A stretch of DNA of 64,000 nucleotides from Gemmatimonadales bacterium. GTDB taxonomy: Bacteria; Gemmatimonadota; Gemmatimonadetes; Gemmatimonadales; GWC2-71-9. The position numbers were made by a program, and so were the translations under genes. Location: contig JBFGJG010000001.1 of NCBI GenBank assembly GCA_041577295.1, positions 64,001-128,000 on the forward strand. Direction: 5' to 3'. The notes below the pieces were generated by a model. It was not told where the DNA came from. It did no database searches and worked only from the letters and a program-made list of their open reading frames with translations. This document shows, piece by piece, positions 9,251-18,204 of this stretch; position 1 is the first letter of the stretch; the number at the start of each line of letters is the position of its first letter.

Positions 9251-10719
9251 TGGCAGGGCGTTGGCTCGCGGTTTTCCTCGCATCGTCAATCGCTCCGGCA
9301 ACGGTGGTCTCGGCGCAGACCGTGCGAATCTCCGGCGTGACCACGTTTCAGTACCTGGAGGTGCGCCCACTCGAAACTGACAGTATTCCGGCAGAAGACG
9401 CCCTTGGCAGCGGGCTGCTCCGTCGGACCGAAGACGGCTACGTCGTGCGCTGCATCTCCGGTGACGCCTTCTGCCGGTTCCGGCGTATGATCGCACCCAC
9501 CGTCACGGTCCCAGCTATCCAAGACATCGCCGTAAGCGTCTGGGGGCTCGGCCCTGGACTCCGCGCGTATGGGCGGCTCCGTGGTCGTGCGGTCTTGTCT
9601 GGTGAGGAATTGATCTGGCCCCGTGGCGACGACCGGCTCGACGTCATGGCGGCGTTTGTGGAGTTCGAGCGGTCGGCGTTTCGGATCCGCGGTGGTCGGC
9701 AGTGGAAGACCTCTGGCCTCGGCTTTTACAACTTCGACGGCGGCGCAGTAGTCGTCCGCCCGCTTCGCGGGTTGTCCATCGAGGCCTACGGTGGCTGGGG
9801 GCTCGTCCGCGGCGTGCACGAGCCTCTGACGAGCGACGAGGTGAATGCCTTCGAGCCCTTTGCCCCCGATGCGCGCCCATACGTGCTGGGAGCGCAGATC
9901 AGCCTCCGCCCACTTCGGAATATTGCATTCAGCGCTCTGTACCAGCGGGAGATTCGAAACGACCGTCTGGGTCTCTACTCGGAGCGGGTGGCCGCCGACG
10001 CCGTGGTTCGGATTGGTGAAACATCCGTCGCCGGAGATCTGAACGTCGACCTCGGCACCGGCGTGATCAACGAAGCCCGTCTGCGAATGTGGTTACCAAC
10101 CTTCGAAGGCGTGACCCTTGGTCCGTATTTCCGCCATCACCGCCCCTTCTTCGAGTTGTGGACTATCTGGGGTGCGTTCAGCCCGGTCGGGTTCGACGAA
10201 GCAGGGCTGCGCGCGGCCTGGCAGCAACCGGATATCCCCGTTCGCATCGAGGCGTGGGGTGCGGGCCGCCATTACTCTGAGGCCGATGCGCAAACGCTGT
10301 TCGGCACGGTGCGCGCGACAACGTGGCGTGTGGGAACTCGCATCAGCGCGCAGCTCGCGCCGGAGTGGGAGCTGCAAGGACACTACCAGGGTCACGTGGG
10401 TTTTGGGGCTGCCACGAGCGATCTCGGCCTTCGACTACAGCGTCGCCTCGGCAACGCACTCGTCGCGGTCAATGCAGGCGCATTCCAACGCCTGTACGAG
10501 CTCCGTGAGGATGAAGGAACGGTGCTGCTCGGGGGCGTCGACGCCAGCTCACCACTCGGGCCGAGGACTCGCATCACCGCAGCGCTTGCGGCGTACCGTC
10601 ACCGCGCGGGTGCGGATGCCCCAGACACCGACTGGACGCAGCTCCGGGGTTCCTTCCGGTTCGAGTGGATCCTCGGAACCGAGCCCCGATGGTCCGGCAG
10701 CGCGCGGAGAGTACCATGA
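9250..10719 (+). CDS. Putative outer-membrane beta-barrel (porin of a porin-cytochrome conduit)
   Basis: Signal peptide (..VSA-Q), no heme motifs, Gly/Arg/aromatic-rich alternating strands, translationally coupled between two multiheme cytochromes. Confidence 0.75.
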   Translation: MAGRWLAVFLASSIAPATVVSAQTVRISGVTTFQYLEVRPLETDSIPAEDALGSGLLRRTEDGYVVRCISGDAFCRFRRMIAPTVTVPAIQDIAVSVWGLGPGLRAYGRLRGRAVLSGEELIWPRGDDRLDVMAAFVEFERSAFRIRGGRQWKTSGLGFYNFDGGAVVVRPLRGLSIEAYGGWGLVRGVHEPLTSDEVNAFEPFAPDARPYVLGAQISLRPLRNIAFSALYQREIRNDRLGLYSERVAADAVVRIGETSVAGDLNVDLGTGVINEARLRMWLPTFEGVTLGPYFRHHRPFFELWTIWGAFSPVGFDEAGLRAAWQQPDIPVRIEAWGAGRHYSEADAQTLFGTVRATTWRVGTRISAQLAPEWELQGHYQGHVGFGAATSDLGLRLQRRLGNALVAVNAGAFQRLYELREDEGTVLLGGVDASSPLGPRTRITAALAAYRHRAGADAPDTDWTQLRGSFRFEWILGTEPRWSGSARRVP

Positions 10720-12122
10720 AGCGGCGCGGAGTGCTCGCGGCGGGCCTCGTGATGCTCGTGCTGTCGGCCGCGTGGGCTCGCAGTCTCCAGGACCGGTTTC
10801 CACACCAAGATCACGAAGGCGTATTCCCTGTGTGCACGGGGTGCCATGAGGGGATCCTCAGCGGAGTGGCCGCCGACAACTATCCCGATTCCGCTGAGTG
10901 TGTGGAATGCCATGACGGGGTCACCGAGGAGCGCGTCGAATGGGCCAGGCCGGAGGTGAAGCCGTCCAACATCGTCTTCGACCACACAGGCCATACGGAA
11001 GCGACCACGCAGGCGGGTGACACGGCGACATGCCTCACGTGCCATCGCTTGGAAGGCGTGGAGGGGATCATGGCGGCGGGGCGAGCGGTACCGGAACGTT
11101 GCATTACCTGCCACGCGCACGAGGCTCCGGAACATCTGGCGGAAGCAGCGGACTGCCGGCTGTGTCACCTCCCGATCGCCCAGGCGACGTCGCTATTCCT
11201 CGCGAGAATCGAGGCGTTCCCCAAGCCGGCCGCACACGACACCGAACAATTCGTGGGACAGCACGAACCTACGTCTCCCGAGGCTGAGGCGTCGTGTGCC
11301 GTGTGCCATGCGCAGGAGAGCTGTACGCGTTGCCATCTCAACGGGCCGTCTGTCGCCTTGATCGCCAACCTACCCCGTGATGCTCGGATCGCCGAGTACA
11401 CCAGAGGTTTGGCGGCCGAATATCCGCTCCCGAGTGATCACAAGCGAACAGATTGGCGCTTTACGCACCCGGAAGCGGCTGAAGTCGAGGTGGGACGCTG
11501 CGCCAACTGCCATGCGCAACCGAGCTGTCGGACATGCCACCTGGAGGCGGAGGTGACCGAGATCGCAGCGCTACCACATCCAATAGCGGATGGGGCACCG
11601 GGCGTGTTCCAGAGCGAGGCACTCGCTGTTCATCCGGTCGGCTTCACAGGTACGCACGGGGCGGAAGCGGCGGCCAGCGAGCAGACCTGTTGGAGTTGTC
11701 ATGCCGATCAGGTTTTCTGTGTCGACTGTCACGAGGGACCGTCCGAAGCACGCTTCCACGTCGGGAACTTCCGGGAACGCCACGGCGTCTTGGCCTATGG
11801 TGGCGAGCAAGACTGCTCGTCCTGCCATAGCACCGAGGCGTTTTGTCGGGCTTGTCACGCTGGCATCGGGTTCGCGTCCGATGGAAGGGCCGACTTCGCG
11901 TTCCACAACGCCAAACCCTTCTGGCTGCTGGGGCATGGCCGAGCCGCGCGGCAAGGCTTGGCAACCTGCGCCAGCTGTCATGCCCAAACCGATTGCGCGC
12001 AATGCCACTCCGCAGTGGGAGCATGGCGCATTAACCCCCACGGTCCTGAGTTTGACGGATCACGCGTTCAAGAGCGCAACCAGTTCACGTGTCTGCAATG
12101 TCACCGCGAGCCCCCGGAGTGA
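10716..12122 (+). CDS. Periplasmic 16-heme c-type cytochrome
   Basis: Signal peptide MKRRGVLAAGL...; 16 CxxCH counted. Confidence 0.92.
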   Translation: MKRRGVLAAGLVMLVLSAAWARSLQDRFPHQDHEGVFPVCTGCHEGILSGVAADNYPDSAECVECHDGVTEERVEWARPEVKPSNIVFDHTGHTEATTQAGDTATCLTCHRLEGVEGIMAAGRAVPERCITCHAHEAPEHLAEAADCRLCHLPIAQATSLFLARIEAFPKPAAHDTEQFVGQHEPTSPEAEASCAVCHAQESCTRCHLNGPSVALIANLPRDARIAEYTRGLAAEYPLPSDHKRTDWRFTHPEAAEVEVGRCANCHAQPSCRTCHLEAEVTEIAALPHPIADGAPGVFQSEALAVHPVGFTGTHGAEAAASEQTCWSCHADQVFCVDCHEGPSEARFHVGNFRERHGVLAYGGEQDCSSCHSTEAFCRACHAGIGFASDGRADFAFHNAKPFWLLGHGRAARQGLATCASCHAQTDCAQCHSAVGAWRINPHGPEFDGSRVQERNQFTCLQCHREPPE

Positions 12123-12124
12123 CG

Positions 12125-13435
12125 ATGCTCAAGAGCGGTGGGGGTTGTTGGCGCACAGGGCGATCGATGGTCACGCTCGCTCTCGTCGCACTCGGGATTC
12201 CCGTGGGTGCCGCCAGTCAGGGCGTGCCACAGGATGACGATTGCATTCGCTGTCACCTCGACCTCGATGAAGAGCGTCTCGTACGGCCCGCGCAGGACTA
12301 CGAGACCGATCTGCACGCGGAGGTAGGCTTTGGTTGCCTAGACTGTCACGGTCCAGCGGCGGGACTCGCCGTTGGCACAGGGTTTCTCGGGAAGCCGGAA
12401 CGTAGACAGGTGGCACAGCTCTGTGGCCGCTGTCATTCGGACGCCGACTTCATGCGTCAGTTTGACCCGGCGTTGCGCGTCGATCAGGTAACCGAATACG
12501 CCACCTCAGTACATGGACGGCGCCTGGCGCGCGATAACGATCGAAACGTCGCCGTGTGTACCAGTTGTCATCCGGCTCATGCCATCAAGCCGCCCTCTGA
12601 TCCCCAGTCCAGCGTCCATCCTCTGAACGTCGGGCGTCTCTGCGGTAACTGCCACTCTGACCCTGACGTTGTAGGGCAATACGACGTGCGCACCGATCAG
12701 GAAGCGCGTTACGAGCGAAGCGTCCACTGGCGCTGGATGACGGAGGAAGAAGACCTCTCTGCACCGACGTGCAATGACTGCCATGGAAACCATGGAGCAG
12801 CTCCGCCCGGGGTTTTGTCAGTCCAAAACGTCTGTGGACAGTGCCACAGCGTCATGCAGACGTTTTTCGACGAGAGTGCACATGCTGAGTACTTTGGCGA
12901 CGCCAATCTTCCAAGTTGTGCCACCTGCCATGGCAATCACGAAATCGACTCAACTAATGACGAGATGCTACTGACCTTTGCTGACAGCGTTTGCGCTCTA
13001 TGCCATACGCAGGGCGACACGCTCGCCGGCATCCTCCCCGTGATGAAGACGCTCATCGACTCGTTGCGCGAGAGTCGTGAACGCGCCCACGAGATCCTGC
13101 TTGAAGCGCGCAATGCGGGAATGGAGGTCAGTCGTGCGCAGTTTGAGTTGGAAGATGCGACTAACGCACTTGTCAAGGCGCGAACGGCCATACACGCGTT
13201 CACCGCCGATTCCGTAAAGCAGGAAATGGAGGCTGGTCTCGTGATCACGCGAAATGCATACGAACGTGGTGTCGAGGCTCTCGACGAGCATCTCTTTCGG
13301 CGGCAGGGGCTGGCGGTTTCCGTTGCTCTGATTCTCGTGCTCATAGCGGGCCTGATGATGAAAATCCGCCAGCTCGAGCGGTCCAGCAGGGTGACCGACG
13401 CGCAGCAAGGCGACATCAGCTGGGGAGGTCGTTGA
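12125..13435 (+). CDS. Membrane-anchored 9-heme c-type cytochrome
   Basis: Signal peptide, 9 CxxCH, long helical region, C-terminal TM helix GLAVSVALILVLIAGLMM; start could be 12167. Confidence 0.9.
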   Translation: MLKSGGGCWRTGRSMVTLALVALGIPVGAASQGVPQDDDCIRCHLDLDEERLVRPAQDYETDLHAEVGFGCLDCHGPAAGLAVGTGFLGKPERRQVAQLCGRCHSDADFMRQFDPALRVDQVTEYATSVHGRRLARDNDRNVAVCTSCHPAHAIKPPSDPQSSVHPLNVGRLCGNCHSDPDVVGQYDVRTDQEARYERSVHWRWMTEEEDLSAPTCNDCHGNHGAAPPGVLSVQNVCGQCHSVMQTFFDESAHAEYFGDANLPSCATCHGNHEIDSTNDEMLLTFADSVCALCHTQGDTLAGILPVMKTLIDSLRESRERAHEILLEARNAGMEVSRAQFELEDATNALVKARTAIHAFTADSVKQEMEAGLVITRNAYERGVEALDEHLFRRQGLAVSVALILVLIAGLMMKIRQLERSSRVTDAQQGDISWGGR

Positions 13436-13914
13436 TGGAGGAAACGCACCGTACCACACTCTCTCGCAAGACGTTCATCGAGTGGCTTCTCAGCAGATCG
13501 CTGACCACATGGTTGTTGAGTTCCGGGATTGGTGGGCTCGTCGCGGCCGTGCTCTATCCCGTGACCCGCTATCTCATTCCACCCGAGGTCCGAGAGTCAG
13601 CGGTTTCGTCCGTCACGCTGCCTCTCAAGCCCAATGAGATCGCCACAAACTCGGGACAGATCTTCAAGTTTGGAAACCAACCGGGCCTCTTAGTGCGCAC
13701 GCCAGCGGGTGAGCTACGGGCGTTTTCGGCTCGCTGTACACACTTGGATTGCATCGTTCAATACCGAGAGGACCTCAGTGAGATCTGGTGCGCCTGCCAC
13801 AATGGTCACTTTGATCTGGCGGGGCGCAACGTCTCCGGGCCACCGCCGGAGCCATTGCCGGCGTACGACGTCAGGGTTCGGGGAGACCAAATTGTCGTCA
13901 GCAAGAGGACATGA
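13435..13914 (+). CDS. Rieske [2Fe-2S] protein of a Rieske/cytochrome b complex
   Basis: Tat-like SRKTFI, TM helix, CTHLDC ... CACHNGHF, GPPPEPL. Confidence 0.95.
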   Translation: MEETHRTTLSRKTFIEWLLSRSLTTWLLSSGIGGLVAAVLYPVTRYLIPPEVRESAVSSVTLPLKPNEIATNSGQIFKFGNQPGLLVRTPAGELRAFSARCTHLDCIVQYREDLSEIWCACHNGHFDLAGRNVSGPPPEPLPAYDVRVRGDQIVVSKRT

Positions 13915-14097
13915 TCGTATGCTCAGGCTCGCGGTGCGGATTCGCTACGCGCGAGAATGTCGGATCGTGACGAGTCGGCGCCGTACACGCCCTCATGCTC
14001 GCACCCGGTTACAAAGCGAGAGGCTCGTGGATCGTGGCGCGTCACCTCGCGGGTGCGTGCGCGGACGTACGATCGCTGTGGCCTGGGGACACTAGGT

Positions 14098-15192
14098 ATG
14101 GAGAGCTTGTTGATTCGTGTCAGGGTCGTGCTCGGGTGGCTCGAGCGCCGAACCGGGCTCTCCGCGTTGCTGCCGCTCGCCCGGAAGAAGGAGGTGCCCA
14201 TCCACCGACATACCATCTGGTACTACTTGGGGGGAATGGTGCTGTTTCTCTTTATCCTCCAGGTAAGCACCGGCATTCTCCTCATGTTCTACTACCGCCC
14301 GAGCGCTGAGGAAGCGTACGAGTCGGTGCAGTTCCTGATGGCGGAGGTGCAGTTCGGATGGCTCATCCGGTCGATCCACGGGTGGGGGGCGAACCTGATG
14401 ATCTTCATGATGTTCATTCATCTGTTCAGCGTGATGCTCCTGAAGGCGTATCGCTCCCCCAGAGAGCTGACGTGGTTTACGGGCTTTGGGCTCTTCGGTG
14501 TCGTGTTGGGGCTCGGGTTCACAGGCTACCTGCTCCCGTGGAACGAACTCGCATTCTTCGCAACTCGCGTCGGTACCGAAATTCCTGGCGTGCTCCCCGT
14601 GTTGGGCGGATTCATCCGGGAATTCCTCCGGGGTGGTGAAGATGTCACTGGCGCCACCTTGACGCGGTTTTATGCGTTCCACGTGTCCGTGCTGCCCGCG
14701 CTGTGCTTCCTCCTCATTGTGCTGCACGTCATCCTGGTCCAGAGGCATGGTATGAGCATCCCTCCAGGGGTTCGCGAGCGCGGGGGACCCCGCGGGGCTT
14801 TCAAGTTTGTTCCGAACTTTCTGCTGCGTGACATCATCGGATGGCTGGCGGCGCTGGCAATCCTGGCAGCCCTTGCAGCGTTCTTGCCAGCCCACCTCGG
14901 GGAGAAAGCCGATCCATTTGCCCCAGCGCCTGCGGGGATCAAACCCGAGTGGTACTTCATGTTCATGTTTCAGACATTAAAGATCTTGCCAAGCCACATC
15001 CTCGGGATCGAAGGCGAAGTGATCGGCGTCGTGGGGTTTGGGGTAGCCGGCGTTGTCCTACTGCTAGTGCCCTTCCTCGACCGCGGAACGTCTCGGGCCC
15101 AGAGCCGTTTCTGGACCCTGCTTTCGATCGGTTCGATTGTCTACATCATCGTCCTGACGATTCTCGGGTATCTGGAGGAGCCAACGCATTGA
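14098..15192 (+). CDS. Cytochrome b (b6 and subunit IV fused) of a Rieske/cytochrome b complex
   Basis: [42 protein letters not shown]. Confidence 0.95.
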   Translation: MESLLIRVRVVLGWLERRTGLSALLPLARKKEVPIHRHTIWYYLGGMVLFLFILQVSTGILLMFYYRPSAEEAYESVQFLMAEVQFGWLIRSIHGWGANLMIFMMFIHLFSVMLLKAYRSPRELTWFTGFGLFGVVLGLGFTGYLLPWNELAFFATRVGTEIPGVLPVLGGFIREFLRGGEDVTGATLTRFYAFHVSVLPALCFLLIVLHVILVQRHGMSIPPGVRERGGPRGAFKFVPNFLLRDIIGWLAALAILAALAAFLPAHLGEKADPFAPAPAGIKPEWYFMFMFQTLKILPSHILGIEGEVIGVVGFGVAGVVLLLVPFLDRGTSRAQSRFWTLLSIGSIVYIIVLTILGYLEEPTH

Positions 15193-15384
15193 GATCCGTC
15201 GGTGGAGCGCCCATCTCGCCCGCCTCAACGTCCCACCGTGCAAGACTCTTCAGACCGCCTTTAGCATCTCTTATGACCGTCTTCAGAAAGTCTTGGCCCG
15301 CGTGATCGCCTTTTAGAGCACCCGCCATCGTCTTCCACGGTGTGCCGCAGGTTGAGCACACCTCTGACCGGGAGAGCCGACGCT

Positions 15385-16944
15385 ATGCGTACCTTCATAC
15401 GTTTTGTCGCTGCTCAGGCGGTCCTTTTCAGCAGCGTGCTCCTCGTCGCATCCGCTTGCACCGATGAGAAGATTATCGAGGTAGAGCGGACGGTCTTCAA
15501 TGCTCCACCGGACGCGTCGAGCGGGTTCCTGGGATACTTTGACGCTAGCCAGAAGCTCACTACCTGTGGCAACTGCCATGTAGGGAAGCAGGGTGACTGG
15601 GAAACCACCGCCCATGCGGGGGCGGTTCAGACCCTCCAAGCGGTTGACGCTCGGGACTTCTGCTACAACTGCCATACGGTCAACGAGCGCGGCAACAGCG
15701 AAATTGATCCGTCGGGATGGAGCATCGTGCAGGACACGAGTTACTATGACGTGCAGTGCGAGTCCTGTCATGGACCGGGGCTCCAACACGTGGAGAATCC
15801 GGACGCGCTCCAGCCGCTCGCGACGATTGTGGCCGACACCGGCGCCACTACCGGGTGCGGAGAGTGCCATTCGGGCACCCATCATCCCTTCGTAGATCAG
15901 TGGCTCCAGTCGCGACACGGGTCCACACCGGCCTGGGACGGGAGTGCTTCCACCACCACCAACTCTCGTTGCATGCCGTGCCACGAGGGCAAGACCGCCA
16001 TCGCGGTCAAGTTCGACAACTCGGCGAACTACCTTGAAAAGGACGACGCAACCCCGCAGCCGCTCTCGTGTGCTGTTTGTCACGACCCCCACGGCTCGCC
16101 GAACGACGCGCAGCTACGCGCGCCGATCGACGTCGCCTCGGCGGATCACCTGTGCGTGCGGTGCCACGCTCGGCGAGGCACTCCGCCGTCCTCGCATGGT
16201 CCACACGCTCCCCAGGGGCTTCTCGTGCTCGGAGAGAACGTAGGGTGGATTCCCCCAGCGTTTGCATACGACACGGCGACGATCATCGGCACGCACGGAT
16301 CCGAGGCAAATCCAAAGCTTTGCGCGACATGCCACGTACCACGATTCACCGTGACCGATCCGGAGACCGGTGACTTCGTCTTCGAGAGCGTTGGTCACCT
16401 GTTCGAGGCAATCGCCTGCCTCGATGCGGAGGGCTTACCGACGACGGGGCCCTGCACAGTATCGGAAAGGGACTTCCGCGCCTGCAGCGCGTCCGGCTGC
16501 CATGGTTCCGAGACTGCGGCCCGATCGGCGTACACCGTTGTGGTGGGACGCCTCGAACGCCTCCTGGATGACCTCTGGTTCGACACCGATGGTAACGGGA
16601 TCATGGATGTCACAGACGGCGGGGTGCTTCCGCAAGTTGTTGCTCAGGGTGACACGGCGGAGCTGAACGTTGATGATGACGTCGTGACGGTCGCGGAGGG
16701 CGCACTATGGAATGCGATGCTTGCCTTTACCGATAGCCGACCGTGGTTTGGTGACGGCGAAGCGTTCGGCATTCACTTCTCGGCCCATAAGGGCAGTGGC
16801 AACGGCGTACACAACCCATTCCTCCTGGAGGCACTGCTCAGCGCCTCGATCGACGCGGTAGTCGACGAGTATGGCGTCACACCGAGTGCGCAGTATGATC
16901 CAACGATGCTGGCGACGCCCCCGCCGGGTCTGGTAGTCTGGTAA
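15385..16944 (+). CDS. Multiheme c-type cytochrome lipoprotein (8 CxxCH + 1 CX4CH), paralog of 6947-8365
   Basis: Lipobox ASAC; same motif order as 6947-8365 (GFLGY, CGNCHVGK, DVQCESCHGPGL, TTGCGECH, HxPQG, GVHNPF). Confidence 0.92.
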   Translation: MRTFIRFVAAQAVLFSSVLLVASACTDEKIIEVERTVFNAPPDASSGFLGYFDASQKLTTCGNCHVGKQGDWETTAHAGAVQTLQAVDARDFCYNCHTVNERGNSEIDPSGWSIVQDTSYYDVQCESCHGPGLQHVENPDALQPLATIVADTGATTGCGECHSGTHHPFVDQWLQSRHGSTPAWDGSASTTTNSRCMPCHEGKTAIAVKFDNSANYLEKDDATPQPLSCAVCHDPHGSPNDAQLRAPIDVASADHLCVRCHARRGTPPSSHGPHAPQGLLVLGENVGWIPPAFAYDTATIIGTHGSEANPKLCATCHVPRFTVTDPETGDFVFESVGHLFEAIACLDAEGLPTTGPCTVSERDFRACSASGCHGSETAARSAYTVVVGRLERLLDDLWFDTDGNGIMDVTDGGVLPQVVAQGDTAELNVDDDVVTVAEGALWNAMLAFTDSRPWFGDGEAFGIHFSAHKGSGNGVHNPFLLEALLSASIDAVVDEYGVTPSAQYDPTMLATPPPGLVVW

Positions 16945-16974
16945 GGCGCTGAAAAGGGATTGCAACGGAGGAAG

Positions 16975-17006
16975 AACGGCGGGACCGCAAGCGCGGCCCC
17001 GCCGTT
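16975..17006. terminator. Hairpin terminator between convergent genes
   Basis: AACGGCGGGACCGC-AAGC-GCGGCCCCGCCGTT, 14 bp stem with one mismatch. Confidence 0.7.
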
Positions 17007-17034
17007 TCGCTGTCCATACGTTCCGTGGGTAGAG

Positions 17035-18204
17035 CTAGACCAACGGCACCAGCTCGTCCTCCAAGACCTCCGCGGTCCGCGGCTCCCACGCCTGGACCAT
17101 CTGCGTGAACGCGTGCGCCAGCTCTCCATCGAACTCGTAGCCCGACCGCTCCTCGAGGTACGCGAGGATTTTGTCGGACGGCCACGCGCCGCGGTAGGGA
17201 CGGCGGGTTCGCAGGGCATCGTACACATCGCACACGTGCACGAGCTTTGATGCGTAGTGGCAGTCGCGTGGGAATTGCATCACTGGGTAGCCACCGCCGT
17301 TGATCATGATGTGATGCTCGTACGCGACCACGGCGGCGACCTCGAGGTCGGGCTCGGAACGGGAGATGATACGGGCGCCGTGTGCGGGGTGGCTGTTCAT
17401 CAGCTTGCGCTCGCTCGGAGCCAGCTTACCGGATTTGGTGAGCACCTCACGCGGAATCTTCACCTTTCCCAAATCGTGCAGCAAGCCAGCGATGCCAAAG
17501 GCACGCGCGTCCTGCGCACCGAGACCGATCCACTCTGCAAGCGCCATGGCCAGCACGCACACGTTGAGCGCATGGGTGGTCGTGTACTCGTCATAATTGC
17601 GCAACCGCAAGAGCGGGATGACGACCTCCCTATCGCCCTGGATGGTCACCGCCAGACTCCGCACAACAGCCTCCGCCTCGAGCAGTGGGAGCTCACGCTC
17701 GCTCGCGATTTCCTCGTGCAGCCAGCGAATGGCGGCTGCCTCCTCGCCGAGCGTGAAGGCAATCGTCGCGTCCAACACCTCCGGCTCCTCGGAATCGCCC
17801 TCCTCGCCTGTCCCAATGCGTCCATAGCGGATGGCGCCGATCCGCATCTGCCGAGCCTCGGTCGTATCGACGGCTTTGAGATTTAGCCGGGCCAACACTT
17901 CGTCGAGGAGCTCTTCGAGTTCCGATCGTGTTGCGCGACCGTCGATTTCCAGACGCTGAATGCCGATCCCGGCGAGCCGCTTGCCCCATTCCCACTCTTT
18001 CAGCTCCTTGAGCGGATGAGACCGAAATACGACCTCATCGCCGAGAAACAGAAACACCGCGGGCGCGTGCTCCGCGAGCAACTCTTCGAGACGCTCAAAC
18101 AGCTTGTCGAGCGCGAGCTCTCGCGAACGGTGCCCTTCGGGATACAGCGTGAGCGCGGATAGGGTGTGTCCAACCGCGTTGAGGAAGTTCGCGGCGGTCG
18201 ACAT
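17035..18204 (-). CDS. HD-GYP domain phosphodiesterase
   Basis: YTTTHALNV, LLHDLGK, EHH..NGGGYP, DVYDALRTRRPYR. Confidence 0.92.
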   Translation of the reverse strand: MSTAANFLNAVGHTLSALTLYPEGHRSRELALDKLFERLEELLAEHAPAVFLFLGDEVVFRSHPLKELKEWEWGKRLAGIGIQRLEIDGRATRSELEELLDEVLARLNLKAVDTTEARQMRIGAIRYGRIGTGEEGDSEEPEVLDATIAFTLGEEAAAIRWLHEEIASERELPLLEAEAVVRSLAVTIQGDREVVIPLLRLRNYDEYTTTHALNVCVLAMALAEWIGLGAQDARAFGIAGLLHDLGKVKIPREVLTKSGKLAPSERKLMNSHPAHGARIISRSEPDLEVAAVVAYEHHIMINGGGYPVMQFPRDCHYASKLVHVCDVYDALRTRRPYRGAWPSDKILAYLEERSGYEFDGELAHAFTQMVQAWEPRTAEVLEDELVPLV

